Source of the DNA: Promethearchaeota archaeon
Lineage (GTDB): Archaea > Asgardarchaeota > Lokiarchaeia > Sigyniarchaeales > SOKP01
Direction of reading: 5' to 3'
NCBI GenBank assembly: GCA_019894715.1
Contig: JAGXOA010000169.1
Coordinates: 1 to 57,555, forward strand
Length of the DNA: 57,555 nt
Made by a program: the position numbers and the translations under genes. A model generated the notes under the pieces. The model saw only the letters and a program-made list of their open reading frames with translations, was not told where the DNA came from and made no database searches. This document shows, one piece after another, positions 9,408 through 19,074 of this stretch (positions within the stretch are counted from its first letter, which is position 1; each line of letters opens with the position of its first letter).

Positions 9408-9486
9408 AGGTTGGAGATCCATCCTGTATTGTCTAATATTATATTAGGAAGTACGAATCCACTACCTTTAGGTAATGGTAGTTCAA
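9408..9486 (+). repeat. Truncated omega-RNA-like / IS605 right-end module ending in GGTAGTTCAA
   Basis: ttggaga..cctgta...acgaatccactacctttaggtaatggtagttcaa aligns with the 3' two-thirds of the 20186-20342 and 47157-47297 copies. Confidence 0.6.
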
Positions 9487-9555
9487 TATCATATCAAATA
9501 GACTCATAATTTTGATTTTCAATAATTTTTAACATTATAATAAACATAGATTATT

Positions 9556-11442
9556 TTATAAGAACTTTAATTCTCTGTTGAAATATATTTGAACTACACT
9601 ACTAAAGACTAGTACAATCCCAAAGATCAATAAAGCCGTTGTAAAGATGAATTCACTTCCCGCATTATCAATATTGGATCCTCCAACTCCAATTCTTTCA
9701 ATAATAATTATATCTGTATTTACTAAAAATGTGAGTATGAATACGAATATTGCTCCTATTAATAAAAAAATACCCATAGTCAAATTTAAATAATATATAA
9801 TTCTCGTGTGTGTTTTTTTTAATTCAATTATACGCCCTTCTCCAATAGTTATTGCTATTTTATCCTTATCAATTCTCTTTAATAAAGAATAAACTATTTC
9901 TCTGATAGGAACTATATCAAATACAACAGTTATTATAACAAATATTCCAATAACAATTAGAATCCTAAGTAGAAAAAGATCAAAAATTTCTATCCCTAAA
10001 GGTATAGATGAATTTATTACACTTAAGTTTTTTAATATCCAAATAAAGAAACTAATAAGAATTACACTAAAGAACTTTAAACCCGCGATCGTTAAAAGAA
10101 TTGATGGGCGATCAGCTATGGTCAATAAATAATATAAAAGGCCAATAAGAAAGATTACAATTCCTATGAGTATAGCAATAGCACCATTATTAAAGATAAG
10201 ACTAAATGATAAAAATAAACAACTTGCTCCTACAATTATAGGTAGATAGGGAAAAAATGGTGCTTTATACGGGCGAGCTAATTCCTTTCTTTTATATCTT
10301 AGCCTAACTGCTGCAAAATTAACAAAGGCAAGTCCAAAGAAGTAGATAAAACTTGTCATCTGCGCAGCTAAATCTATATCAACTGATAAGACAATAATTA
10401 CACTAATAATTGTTGTAACCATTAAAGAATAGATAGGGACATTCCTTTCCTTATCTACTTTTTTTAATTTTGCAGTTACATAATTATCTCTTGCAAGAGC
10501 ATTAAGTACACTCATTGCAGATCCTAAAGCAGCATTCATAGCTATGAGTGTTGAAATTATAGCAGCAATGCCCATTAGATAAAATCCAAAATCCCCAAGA
10601 ACATCCTTGAGCACTTCTGCTAATAAAATAGAATCTTTACTTAATCCCTCAGGAATATTGATTAAAACAATTGTAGTTATCATTACATAAATTAGAGTAG
10701 TAAAAATAATGGCTAAAATATTCACTCGAGGAATATTCTTTGAACGGTTTTTAAGCATAGGATTTAGATATGCTAAGTTAGATGTAATGGAAGTAAAACA
10801 AATAAATAACAAAGAAAAAGTTTGCATTATCGCAAAAAAGTTAATATCCGTTAAAATATATGAGGGGTTGTAGTGAGGGTTTGTTGCAGGAGAAATCATA
10901 ATTCCTGAGAAAAAAAAGAAAGTAAAAATGCTTATTAAAATAATAGTGAGAAAGAGAAGATTTTTTAAAGCGATTTTTTGAGTTCTAAAAACAATCAAGC
11001 TGATAAATAATATTGAAGCTAAAGCAATTATAGTTTTTATTGATCCCAGAGCAGGAAATATTTGATCAATAACAATAGAAAAAGCTAAAGATGAAAATAC
11101 AACAGTTCCAATATTGGCAATCCATAAAAAAAACCCAATTGTAAATGCTAAAAATCCACCTAATCCTTCTTTACTAAAATTATATGCTCCACCTGAAATG
11201 GGGAGACTTATTGATAATTCTGAGTAATTAAGAGCAGTAAGAAAAATTAAAATTCCTCCTAATCCTAGGCTAATCAAAACACCTGGTCCAGCAATTTCAA
11301 TTGCCTTTCCCAGTAATATAAAAATTGAACCTCCAATACCACATCCAATACCATATAGAACACTATTCCATATTCCCAATGGCTTTCCTAATTTATTTTT
11401 ATCTCTTTCGCCATTTTCTTTTGTCAACGTTTGTTTCTTCAA
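9556..11442 (-). CDS. APC-superfamily amino acid/polyamine permease with an extra C-terminal membrane extension
   Basis: GIGCGIGGSIFILLGKAIEIAGPGVLISLGLGGILIFLTALNYSELS...SGGAYNF is typical of AA_permease_2. About 12 TM helices are followed by a further ~190-aa hydrophobic region. Confidence 0.8.
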   Translation of the reverse strand: MKKQTLTKENGERDKNKLGKPLGIWNSVLYGIGCGIGGSIFILLGKAIEIAGPGVLISLGLGGILIFLTALNYSELSISLPISGGAYNFSKEGLGGFLAFTIGFFLWIANIGTVVFSSLAFSIVIDQIFPALGSIKTIIALASILFISLIVFRTQKIALKNLLFLTIILISIFTFFFFSGIMISPATNPHYNPSYILTDINFFAIMQTFSLLFICFTSITSNLAYLNPMLKNRSKNIPRVNILAIIFTTLIYVMITTIVLINIPEGLSKDSILLAEVLKDVLGDFGFYLMGIAAIISTLIAMNAALGSAMSVLNALARDNYVTAKLKKVDKERNVPIYSLMVTTIISVIIVLSVDIDLAAQMTSFIYFFGLAFVNFAAVRLRYKRKELARPYKAPFFPYLPIIVGASCLFLSFSLIFNNGAIAILIGIVIFLIGLLYYLLTIADRPSILLTIAGLKFFSVILISFFIWILKNLSVINSSIPLGIEIFDLFLLRILIVIGIFVIITVVFDIVPIREIVYSLLKRIDKDKIAITIGEGRIIELKKTHTRIIYYLNLTMGIFLLIGAIFVFILTFLVNTDIIIIERIGVGGSNIDNAGSEFIFTTALLIFGIVLVFSSVVQIYFNRELKFL

Positions 11443-11531
11443 TTTTTAAAGCAACTTATTTCTTTTTAATAATAATTAGAAGTTGAGATATAAATATATT
11501 TTTTATTTATTGTTTTTTATTAAAAAAATAG

Positions 11532-12968
11532 TCAGGATTTCTCTAGGTGAAAGACACCAGAAATGATTGTTAAAATAGATCCTAATAAAATAATACCAAG
11601 TGTTATTTCAGATCCAATACCATCAATGTTTATAAATCCAAGGATAGAACCTATTGTCCACACTAAGAAAAAGATACCAAAACAGATTAAAATCCCACCA
11701 AAGAATTTTGATACTCTATAAATAAGAGACAATACCTCTAATCTATGAATACGACTTTCCTTATCTCTTATTTCTCCTTCTTGATTATTGAGTTCTATTT
11801 TAAGTTTCTGGAATATTTTACGAGATTCACCAATACTATTTTCAATTCTTTCATTTGCAGAGATTAGTCTATTGTGTTCATCATCCTCAGCTTTAAATTT
11901 TTCGTTAATTGCTCCCAATCTTTCTTCTCTTTCTTGATGTTCTTTAGTTGACCTTTCAATTGATTCTTTGAGTTCTCTTAATCTTATTTCATTTGCTTCA
12001 ATAAAAATTTCCTTATTAGCGATATCATCTTTAATTTTTGAAAATTTTATATTTGCTTCTTGTATACGAGATTCAAGATTAACTACATGTTGTTGTTTTT
12101 CTGTCATTTGATATTTATATTTTTCCAATAGTTCTTCATAGGTCTTTCTTTGTTCTTTCATTTCAGGAAAGCCTTCATTATATTGCTTGATTTGATTTAC
12201 AAAGTCCTCTAATTTTATCTCTTTTTTATCAATTTGTTCATTTAATAACTTTAATTCATCTTCTTTTGCAGCTATTAGATAATTTGAATGTTCTGACTCA
12301 ATTTTATTTTTATCTATAGAGACTTTAACAGAATCACTTTCAGCCTTAAGACTTATGAGTTTTTTCTCGAGGGCATCTGCTTCTTCTCTTTGTTTTTCAA
12401 TATTCTTTTCTTTTTGGCGAATTTCTTCATCTAACTTAGTAGACTGATTTCTAAGTTCATCTCTTTTTGCAACCTTTTCTTTAACATTATCTGAAAGAAC
12501 AATTAAATCAACTTGTCTTTGTTCATAATTTTTAACTAATTGTTCATTATTTCTTAGAAGTTCTTGATATTCTTCCTCAAGATTCTCTTTACTTTCCTTA
12601 ATAATACCTAATCTCTCTTCTAAATTTTCCAATTCTTTATTTTTACGAGTATATCTTTCTTCTAAGGCAGTTATCGTTTCTTGGAGAGCATCACGGTATT
12701 GTCCACGATTGTCTATTTTCTTTTCAATAGATTTAAGATTCTCTTCTGCTTCTTTAAATTCTTTTATTATTTCTTCTGCAGCCTTATCATTAGGGTCTTT
12801 TTTTTCAAGTTCTTTCTCAATTTCCTCAATGCTATCTTCAAATGTTCTCAAATTCTTGTCAATTATGTCTCTGGAATCTTTTGCTTTAGTCAAATATTCT
12901 TTATCTATCTTTTCAATTTCCTTATCAATTTTATTTCTCTTATCTTCTTCGTTAATTTCGTCAGTCAT
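11532..12968 (-). CDS. Tail-anchored long coiled-coil protein
   Basis: About 410 aa of E/K/L-rich heptad-like sequence, followed by two C-terminal hydrophobic helices (FFGGILICFGIFFLVWTIGSILGF; ITLGIILLGSILTIISGVF). Confidence 0.65.
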   Translation of the reverse strand: MTDEINEEDKRNKIDKEIEKIDKEYLTKAKDSRDIIDKNLRTFEDSIEEIEKELEKKDPNDKAAEEIIKEFKEAEENLKSIEKKIDNRGQYRDALQETITALEERYTRKNKELENLEERLGIIKESKENLEEEYQELLRNNEQLVKNYEQRQVDLIVLSDNVKEKVAKRDELRNQSTKLDEEIRQKEKNIEKQREEADALEKKLISLKAESDSVKVSIDKNKIESEHSNYLIAAKEDELKLLNEQIDKKEIKLEDFVNQIKQYNEGFPEMKEQRKTYEELLEKYKYQMTEKQQHVVNLESRIQEANIKFSKIKDDIANKEIFIEANEIRLRELKESIERSTKEHQEREERLGAINEKFKAEDDEHNRLISANERIENSIGESRKIFQKLKIELNNQEGEIRDKESRIHRLEVLSLIYRVSKFFGGILICFGIFFLVWTIGSILGFINIDGIGSEITLGIILLGSILTIISGVFHLEKS

Positions 12969-13518
12969 TTTATTAAGATTTTGGATTATTTAAATTTGAT
13001 ATATTTTTATCCCTATCATTAAATAGGGACATAAGTTTTTAATATTTATTCTTTATTTATAAAGGGATAATTTATTTCCATTTCTCTAGATGATTGTTTA
13101 TACAAAAAGTTATTGGAATTCATATTAAGGCTATTTCATTAAAACATATGAATTAAAAAATATTATAAAGAATATACCAATTTTTCTTATTTAACTTTTT
13201 ATTTTTTCTATACTTTCCTATTAAAATTATTAAAATGAGTTAAACTCTATACATCTTATTTTAAAAAAGAGTCTCAACGATATTTTGTTGCATTATCTGT
13301 GGTATTATTCCGAATATCTCTATCCCATCAACCGGAATAGAATTTAGGAAGATTTTTTTCATTATATTTAGAATAATTTCTTTTAGATAAAAAAAAAAAT
13401 TGACTTTAAATTTCTATAAAATATGTATATATGAAGTAAAAAAAGAAAAAAATATTATCCAAAGGTAACATTACAGTTTAAAATAATTTCAGAAATAATA
13501 TCTCATGACCTAAGAATT

Positions 13519-15498
13519 ATGCTTAATTTTAATTTTATAAATGAAATTAGTGAGGATTATCCAATTATTATAAAACCTAATCTAGGTAATCCCTCAATTT
13601 TTAACTTGAGAAATTACGAAAATAAGGATGAAAATGCTATTGAAGATATTGTATTAGACACTATTTTTTTAGGTAAACTAAATTTATCAATTGAAAAAGC
13701 GAGGAAAATAATATCTAAGAATATTTATATCCAACCTATTCTTAAAGAATTTGGTCCTTTTGAGGAAAGACGTGGAGAAAGATTTCAATTAGAATTAATT
13801 AGTCTCTCAAAAATAATAATTAATCCCAAAAAATTTGATTATAATGACAAGGAATTAGTAGAAATTAGAGATATATATAATACATTAAAGAAAAATAGAA
13901 AAGCGCTAAAAAAAAGAAAAAGGCTTTTTAAAATTACTTTTAGATTTAAAAATATCTCTTCAATTAGGATCCTCTTAGAAAAAACAAATACAACATTTAT
14001 ATTGTTTGATATAATTCAAAATTTTCCTATCGAGAATAAAAATAGAATTGCTTTTCATAGTTTAGCATTATATAATAAGAATTGGAAGGATTTTAATTTT
14101 ATACATGCAACAGATCCACATGTCGCAAGAAGGAATGATCATATTTTTCAATTCTTAAAACAAAAATCTCAAGGTAATAAAATAAAAAAAAAAAGAAAAA
14201 AAACTATAATTTATGACCCTCGTTTCCTCCAACGAGAATTTGAATTTAGAGAAGGATTTCAAAACAATAAATTTCAAGAACCACGTCATGGTATGTATAA
14301 TTTTAATAATAATCTACGGAATTTTATATCCTTTGTCAATGATAAAGTGAAAAAAAAAGAACTTGATTTTGTGTTACTTACAGGAGATCTTATTGATTAT
14401 GTAAATCTAGCCAATATTGATTCAATTTATAAAAATAATTACCAAGTATTTTTGGATATAATTTTGGGTATTGATAGAGAATCTAAAGAAAAGCAAGATC
14501 AGATTTTAAATAAAAAGGAAATCCTAGCACCTATTTTTACAATTTTAGGGAATCATGATTTTCGGTTAGGACATTATAGTATCCGTACAGGAAATATGTT
14601 TAGGATCTTTGGATTAATTAAAAAGGATATAAGGGGTTATAAAGATGATAAACTTTTTTATGGTATAAAAGCATTATATTCAAAAGTTAAATTCATACAC
14701 AATTATTTTTTATTCATAAATCCTAATCGTAATTTTCGCATAAATATAGGCTCAAAATATTCATTTATTTTTTTAGATTCGGGATCGGATTCTATAGCAA
14801 ATTTATTTGGATTAATAAGAGGAGCTCCTAGTACAAGAGGATTAAATAAAAGACAAATAAAATTATTAAAGCATAACATCAATCAATCCTCTGATAAACA
14901 TATTGTATTACTAATGCATGCTCCTCCAGTATCCCCTAAATTTACAAAAAAGAAGAAAAAGAAATTGAAAAAAAAATTTGGATTAGTACGAAATATTGAA
15001 TGGCATGACTTCTACGAAGAAAATTTGGAAAAACATACAGGTAGCAATAGATTAGAATCCCATTTAAATTTAAAAGATCAAACATTAATGTATCGATGGA
15101 GTAAATTGATGAGAATATTATCAGGTTCAGATAAAGATGTAGATAGAAAAATTGATCTAGTTTTATGTGGACATTCTCATACTCTAAAAGAATTTAGGTT
15201 AAAAGAAGCAAAAAAATCAGAGATGATAAGAGTTAATATGGGATTTTATTTTATTCCTATCTATATTCAAATTCCATGTCGAATTTACACAAATTGTTAT
15301 AGAAATATTATTAAACATTTTTGTAATGAATTAGATATTAAAGGTTGGTTTGATGCTAATAAACCTTTTGTGTTGCATACTCAAGGATTAGGTCCATTAT
15401 CCTACAAAATGAAAGCTAAAGCTCCTGGTTTCAGATACATAATTGTGAAAAATAATCAAATTACGGATTTTTCAGTATTTTCATTATATTTAAAATAG
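13519..15498 (+). CDS. Calcineurin-like metallophosphoesterase with a long N-terminal extension
   Basis: Motifs in the canonical MPE order: FIHATDPHV (DxH), LLTGDLIDY (GDxxD), LGNHDF (GNHD/E), LLMHAPP and CGHSH (GH). Lys-rich low-complexity inserts are present. Confidence 0.85.
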   Translation: MLNFNFINEISEDYPIIIKPNLGNPSIFNLRNYENKDENAIEDIVLDTIFLGKLNLSIEKARKIISKNIYIQPILKEFGPFEERRGERFQLELISLSKIIINPKKFDYNDKELVEIRDIYNTLKKNRKALKKRKRLFKITFRFKNISSIRILLEKTNTTFILFDIIQNFPIENKNRIAFHSLALYNKNWKDFNFIHATDPHVARRNDHIFQFLKQKSQGNKIKKKRKKTIIYDPRFLQREFEFREGFQNNKFQEPRHGMYNFNNNLRNFISFVNDKVKKKELDFVLLTGDLIDYVNLANIDSIYKNNYQVFLDIILGIDRESKEKQDQILNKKEILAPIFTILGNHDFRLGHYSIRTGNMFRIFGLIKKDIRGYKDDKLFYGIKALYSKVKFIHNYFLFINPNRNFRINIGSKYSFIFLDSGSDSIANLFGLIRGAPSTRGLNKRQIKLLKHNINQSSDKHIVLLMHAPPVSPKFTKKKKKKLKKKFGLVRNIEWHDFYEENLEKHTGSNRLESHLNLKDQTLMYRWSKLMRILSGSDKDVDRKIDLVLCGHSHTLKEFRLKEAKKSEMIRVNMGFYFIPIYIQIPCRIYTNCYRNIIKHFCNELDIKGWFDANKPFVLHTQGLGPLSYKMKAKAPGFRYIIVKNNQITDFSVFSLYLK

Positions 15499-15509
15499 TT
15501 TAATTAAAT

Positions 15510-15938
15510 TCATTCAATACATGAACATATTTTTGAATCTAATATTATTTCACCACAAGGAGATTTTTCAGGATGTTTGTATTTTTCACATATTTTATTT
15601 ATAACATTACATGAAAAAAGAAGATTAAATTTCTCACTCTCAAAATGAGCTTCTTGAGCAGTTAAGCCTAACTCTTCAAATAATAAAATTTCAAGTAATT
15701 GTGCATGACGTATTAATTCTTTAGCAATATTGACACCTTTATCAGTCAGACTAATATTTCTATATTTCTTCCAACTTACATGATCTTCCTTCTCTAATCT
15801 TTTAATACAACTATCTATCGTAGAATATCGAATATTGCTATAATTATCTAATCTTAAAGCATTTTTGATCTCTTTTATTTTTGCAATTCTTTTATTTCTA
15901 TATATGATCTTCAATATTTTATAATCTAAATCTGCCAC
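15510..15938 (-). CDS. DtxR/MntR-family metal-dependent transcriptional regulator
   Basis: N-terminal wHTH, then SLTDKGVNIAKELIRHAQLLEILLFEELG, which matches the DtxR dimerisation/metal-site helix pattern (LT.kG...A..l.rrHrllE.fL). Cys-rich C-terminus. Lies 44 bp downstream of a ZIP transporter on the same strand. Confidence 0.75.
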   Translation of the reverse strand: MADLDYKILKIIYRNKRIAKIKEIKNALRLDNYSNIRYSTIDSCIKRLEKEDHVSWKKYRNISLTDKGVNIAKELIRHAQLLEILLFEELGLTAQEAHFESEKFNLLFSCNVINKICEKYKHPEKSPCGEIILDSKICSCIE

Positions 15939-15982
15939 TTTTCACATTCCTTTTAAATTTCTTTTTCAATAGATAATCATAT

Positions 15983-16750
15983 TTAGTGAGTATGCGGTAA
16001 GAATAAACTCATAATATATATTACTGTAATTCCTAAAATAATTAGCGATAGTTGGGAAACTGTATGTCTTAGTCCCCATTTCTTATGAAGTTCAGGTGTT
16101 AGGTCAGAAAGGGCAATATAGAGAAAACTTGCTGCAGAAAGTGCTAACATATAAGGTACTATAAAATCAAGTGAGTCAAAAATAAAATATCCAACTATTG
16201 CTGCTGGTATTGTTGTTGAACCCGATAATAAGTTATAGAGATATGCTTTTTTTCTTGAATATCCACTATGTAATAAAATACCAAAATCACCAGTCTCTTG
16301 AGGAATCTCATGTAAAATAACTGCAATACCAGTTAAAAATCCAGTAGTTATATTTAGTAAAAATGCTGCTGCAATTATTAAACCATCGGTAAAATTATGT
16401 AGAGCATCACCAAGAAGAATCATAGGCCCTGCCACTTCATGACCATGAATTTCACAATTATTATCTTGACATTTTCTCCAAATTATAATTTTCTCCAGGA
16501 AAAATAGAATAATAATACCACCCAGCACTACAAACATTACTAATTTTTCGTTATCATGACCCGCATCATTTAACGCTTCAGGTATTAATCCAATTAAAGC
16601 AGATGTAAGTAAAGTTCCTATAGCAAAAGAAATTAAAGATGTAATTAATTTTTTTTGACGATCTTCATTGAATATTGTAAATATAGCTGCTGCACTAATA
16701 GCACCTATACTCCCCAAAATACTAAATAATAATATAAACCAAAATTCCAT
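15983..16750 (-). CDS. ZIP-family divalent metal (Zn/Fe/Mn) transporter
   Basis: ZupT-like signatures HNFTDGL and HEIPQETGDF, a His-rich loop (CEIHGHE) and about 8 TM helices. Confidence 0.9.
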   Translation of the reverse strand: MEFWFILLFSILGSIGAISAAAIFTIFNEDRQKKLITSLISFAIGTLLTSALIGLIPEALNDAGHDNEKLVMFVVLGGIIILFFLEKIIIWRKCQDNNCEIHGHEVAGPMILLGDALHNFTDGLIIAAAFLLNITTGFLTGIAVILHEIPQETGDFGILLHSGYSRKKAYLYNLLSGSTTIPAAIVGYFIFDSLDFIVPYMLALSAASFLYIALSDLTPELHKKWGLRHTVSQLSLIILGITVIYIMSLFLPHTH

Positions 16751-16775
16751 TTTTTTATCTTTTATATTTTTAGTA

Positions 16776-16795
16776 AATTACGATGTAACGTAATT
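16776..16795 (-). promoter_or_regulatory. Candidate operator 1: AATTACG-N6-CGTAATT inverted repeat, -26 to -45 from the ZIP start codon
   Basis: Perfect 7+7 inverted repeat aattacg atgtaa cgtaatt, read directly. It lies between a TTTAAAT TATA-like box and the ATG. Confidence 0.55.
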
Positions 16796-16817
16796 CTATG
16801 GAATAAAAAATTTAAAT

Positions 16818-16835
16818 ATTACGAATGATCGTAAT
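16818..16835 (-). promoter_or_regulatory. Candidate operator 2: ATTACG-N6-CGTAAT inverted repeat, -68 to -85 from the ZIP start codon
   Basis: Perfect 6+6 inverted repeat attacg aatgat cgtaat with the same half-site and spacing as operator 1. The two centres are 41 bp apart. Confidence 0.55.
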
Positions 16836-16938
16836 CTTAAATTTAATAAATTAAAAAATAATATAAAAATCCCATTTCATTAAAGATATTAAATTTATTT
16901 AAGAATTTGGGTATATTCTTCAATAAAAATAAAAATTC

Positions 16939-17550
16939 TTAATTTTTATTTATCATTTCTAGGAAAAATTCATGAATTCTTGTATCATTACTTAATTCTG
17001 GATGAAAGGATAATGCTATAATATTATTTTGTTTTACAGCTATGATCTTATCATCAAATCGTGATAAAATTTCTACACCAGAATTCACTTCTTTTATTGT
17101 TGGAGCTCTTATGAAAACACCTTTAAAAGGTATATCACTAAAACCAGAAATTTTCACATCTGCTTCAAAACTCTCTTTTTGACCACCAAATGTGTTTCTT
17201 TCAGTAGTTACATTGAGTACTTTTAAGATAGGTTGATTAACTTGCTTAACTATTCTATCTGATACTTGATTTGAAAGAAATATCAATCCCGCACAAGATC
17301 CTAATGTAGGTAATCCATTTGTAATCTTATCCTTTAAATCATCAAATAATCCAATTTTTTTAGTAAGTACACCAATAACAGTTGATTCTCCACCAGGTAT
17401 AATGATTCCATCAATATTTTCCATGTCTTTTGATTTTTTTACAATTACAATTTCTCCATCTTTAATATCAAGTTTATGAAACATTGTTTTTAAGATATCT
17501 TCATGAAATCTAATATCTCCTTGCAAACCTAAAATTCCAATTACAACCAT
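16939..17550 (-). CDS. pdxT: Pyridoxal 5'-phosphate synthase, glutaminase subunit PdxT
   Basis: MVVIGILGLQGD..., GGESTV, catalytic GSCAGLIFL, FHPEL. The ORF track begins at 17577, but the internal ATG at 17550 gives the canonical N-terminus and a TAATG stop/start overlap with pdxS. Confidence 0.92.
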   Translation of the reverse strand: MVVIGILGLQGDIRFHEDILKTMFHKLDIKDGEIVIVKKSKDMENIDGIIIPGGESTVIGVLTKKIGLFDDLKDKITNGLPTLGSCAGLIFLSNQVSDRIVKQVNQPILKVLNVTTERNTFGGQKESFEADVKISGFSDIPFKGVFIRAPTIKEVNSGVEILSRFDDKIIAVKQNNIIALSFHPELSNDTRIHEFFLEMINKN

Positions 17551-18497
17551 TATATATCTGAGCCCCTTGTATCCCAACGTTCACTAGATGGTTTTGTTTC
17601 CATATCAATACCACCCATTGCATTATCTTCTGATACCATTTTCTGAGCTTTCAAAACAATTTCAGGGTCATCCCAAAAACTAGTTGCTAAAACAACACTT
17701 TCAGCACGAACTTGAGGATCAGTAGCTTTAAATATGCCAGAACCAACAAAAATACCATCGCAACCTAAACTCATCATAAAAGCCGCATCTGCTGGTGATG
17801 AAATTCCCCCAGCAGCAAATATAGTAATTGGTAATCTCCCCATATTTGCTGTTAACTGAATAATATCATAACTTACTTTAAATTCTCTTGAGTATTTGAT
17901 TAGTTCAGATGGTTCATCCTTTGAAGCAGTTATAAGTCTTAATTGTTCTTTGATTTTATTAAAATGAACAATTGCATGTTTTACATCACCAGTACCAGGC
18001 TCCCCTTTGGAGCGTAACATACTTGCTCCTTCTTCTATTCTTCTTAAAGCACTTCCAAGATCCGTACATCCACATACAAAAGGAATTTTAAAATCATGCT
18101 TCCAGATATGATGTTCTGTATCTGCAGGTGTTAATACTTCACTTTCATCTATAGTATCTACTCCAGCAGCTTCTAATATACGAGCTTCACCTATGTGACC
18201 TATTCTACATTTCATCATAATAGGTATTGAAATGTGTTCCCTAATTTCATCATATAAATTTACCGAAGCTGTTCGAGCAATACCGCCGCTTTGCCTTATA
18301 TCATATGGCAGCTTATCCAATAACATTACAGCAACAGCTCCAGCCTGTTCAGCAATTTGAGCTTGCGCTTCATTAGTTACATCCATGATTACCCCTTTTT
18401 CTTGCATATGAGGGAAACTCTTTTTGATTAACCATGTACTTTGGATCCTATCTATTAATTTTAGTTGTCCTGCATTATAATCTAACATCTTAATCAT
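17550..18497 (-). CDS. pdxS: Pyridoxal 5'-phosphate synthase, lyase subunit PdxS
   Basis: Highly conserved PdxS/SNZ blocks: KGVIMDVTNEAQAQIAEQAGAVAVM, DESEVLTPAD, GEPGTGDV, AAGGISSPADAA. Confidence 0.95.
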   Translation of the reverse strand: MIKMLDYNAGQLKLIDRIQSTWLIKKSFPHMQEKGVIMDVTNEAQAQIAEQAGAVAVMLLDKLPYDIRQSGGIARTASVNLYDEIREHISIPIMMKCRIGHIGEARILEAAGVDTIDESEVLTPADTEHHIWKHDFKIPFVCGCTDLGSALRRIEEGASMLRSKGEPGTGDVKHAIVHFNKIKEQLRLITASKDEPSELIKYSREFKVSYDIIQLTANMGRLPITIFAAGGISSPADAAFMMSLGCDGIFVGSGIFKATDPQVRAESVVLATSFWDDPEIVLKAQKMVSEDNAMGGIDMETKPSSERWDTRGSDI

Positions 18498-18642
18498 TCT
18501 CTTTTTAAATGCCTTATTATGAATAGAAAAGATAATATTATTGTTATATTTATCGATGATATTATCTTTTACAAAAAAGGTAATTAAGGATAGTATTTAA
18601 TTTTTAATGCAATTGGAGCGTATTATTTGATTATAAGAATTT

Positions 18643-19066
18643 CCCTACCACTACCTAAAGATAGTAGATTCATAATCCCTAAGCTCCAATAAGAATCTTA
18701 GATACTACAAGATAGTTCTCTACCCTTATCTATCTGATGATCGTGAATATGTCTCTTTAAGATATTAATGCTTCCTACCACATCTCTATCTTGTTCATAT
18801 CCCCAATGAGAGCACCGAAAGATCCTATCATTAGGAGTTTCGTTCTTATTACAGATTTGATAAGTAGAAAAGGTATGGGATTCAACAGTCAAGATTAAGT
18901 CGATTTTAAATTCCTCACATTTATATTGAATTTTTTTAAAAAAAAGATTATAAGACCAGAAATATCCCTACTATATTTATAAATAAGGATTGAGAAGAAT
19001 TAACAAAATAATATATGTAATTCATCCCTTCCCTAAAGGGTGTGGCCTTCTCGCATTTTATGGTAA
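18643..19066 (-). mobile_element. Decayed IS200/IS605-family (tnpB-type) element: left-end hairpin, TnpB C-terminal fragment, right-end hairpin
   Basis: Left-end-type hairpin at 19021-19066, a TnpB RuvC-III/Zn-finger remnant at 18698-18892, and right-end-type sequence ccctaccactacctaaagatagtagattcataat at 18643-18675. The low-coordinate ~160 nt (18643-~18800, i.e. the right end plus the 3' part of the TnpB remnant) aligns with the 47157 copy. Confidence 0.65.
18698..18892 (-). pseudogene. TnpB (IS605 OrfB / RNA-guided nuclease) C-terminal fragment
   Basis: TYQIC...RIFRCSHWGYEQDRDVVGSINILKR matches the TnpB pattern TSQ.C..CG...R.F.C..CG...DRD.NAA.NI. The zinc-finger cysteines are partly lost and about 1 kb of upstream coding sequence is absent. 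Confidence 0.7.
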
Positions 19067-19074
19067 ATTTGAGT

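Noticed and set aside
9221-9409. 62-aa plus-strand ORF overlapping the 5' end of the PHP gene.
   Set aside because: It is antisense to the conserved PHP N-terminus (HIHSYYSDG) and has low-complexity composition.
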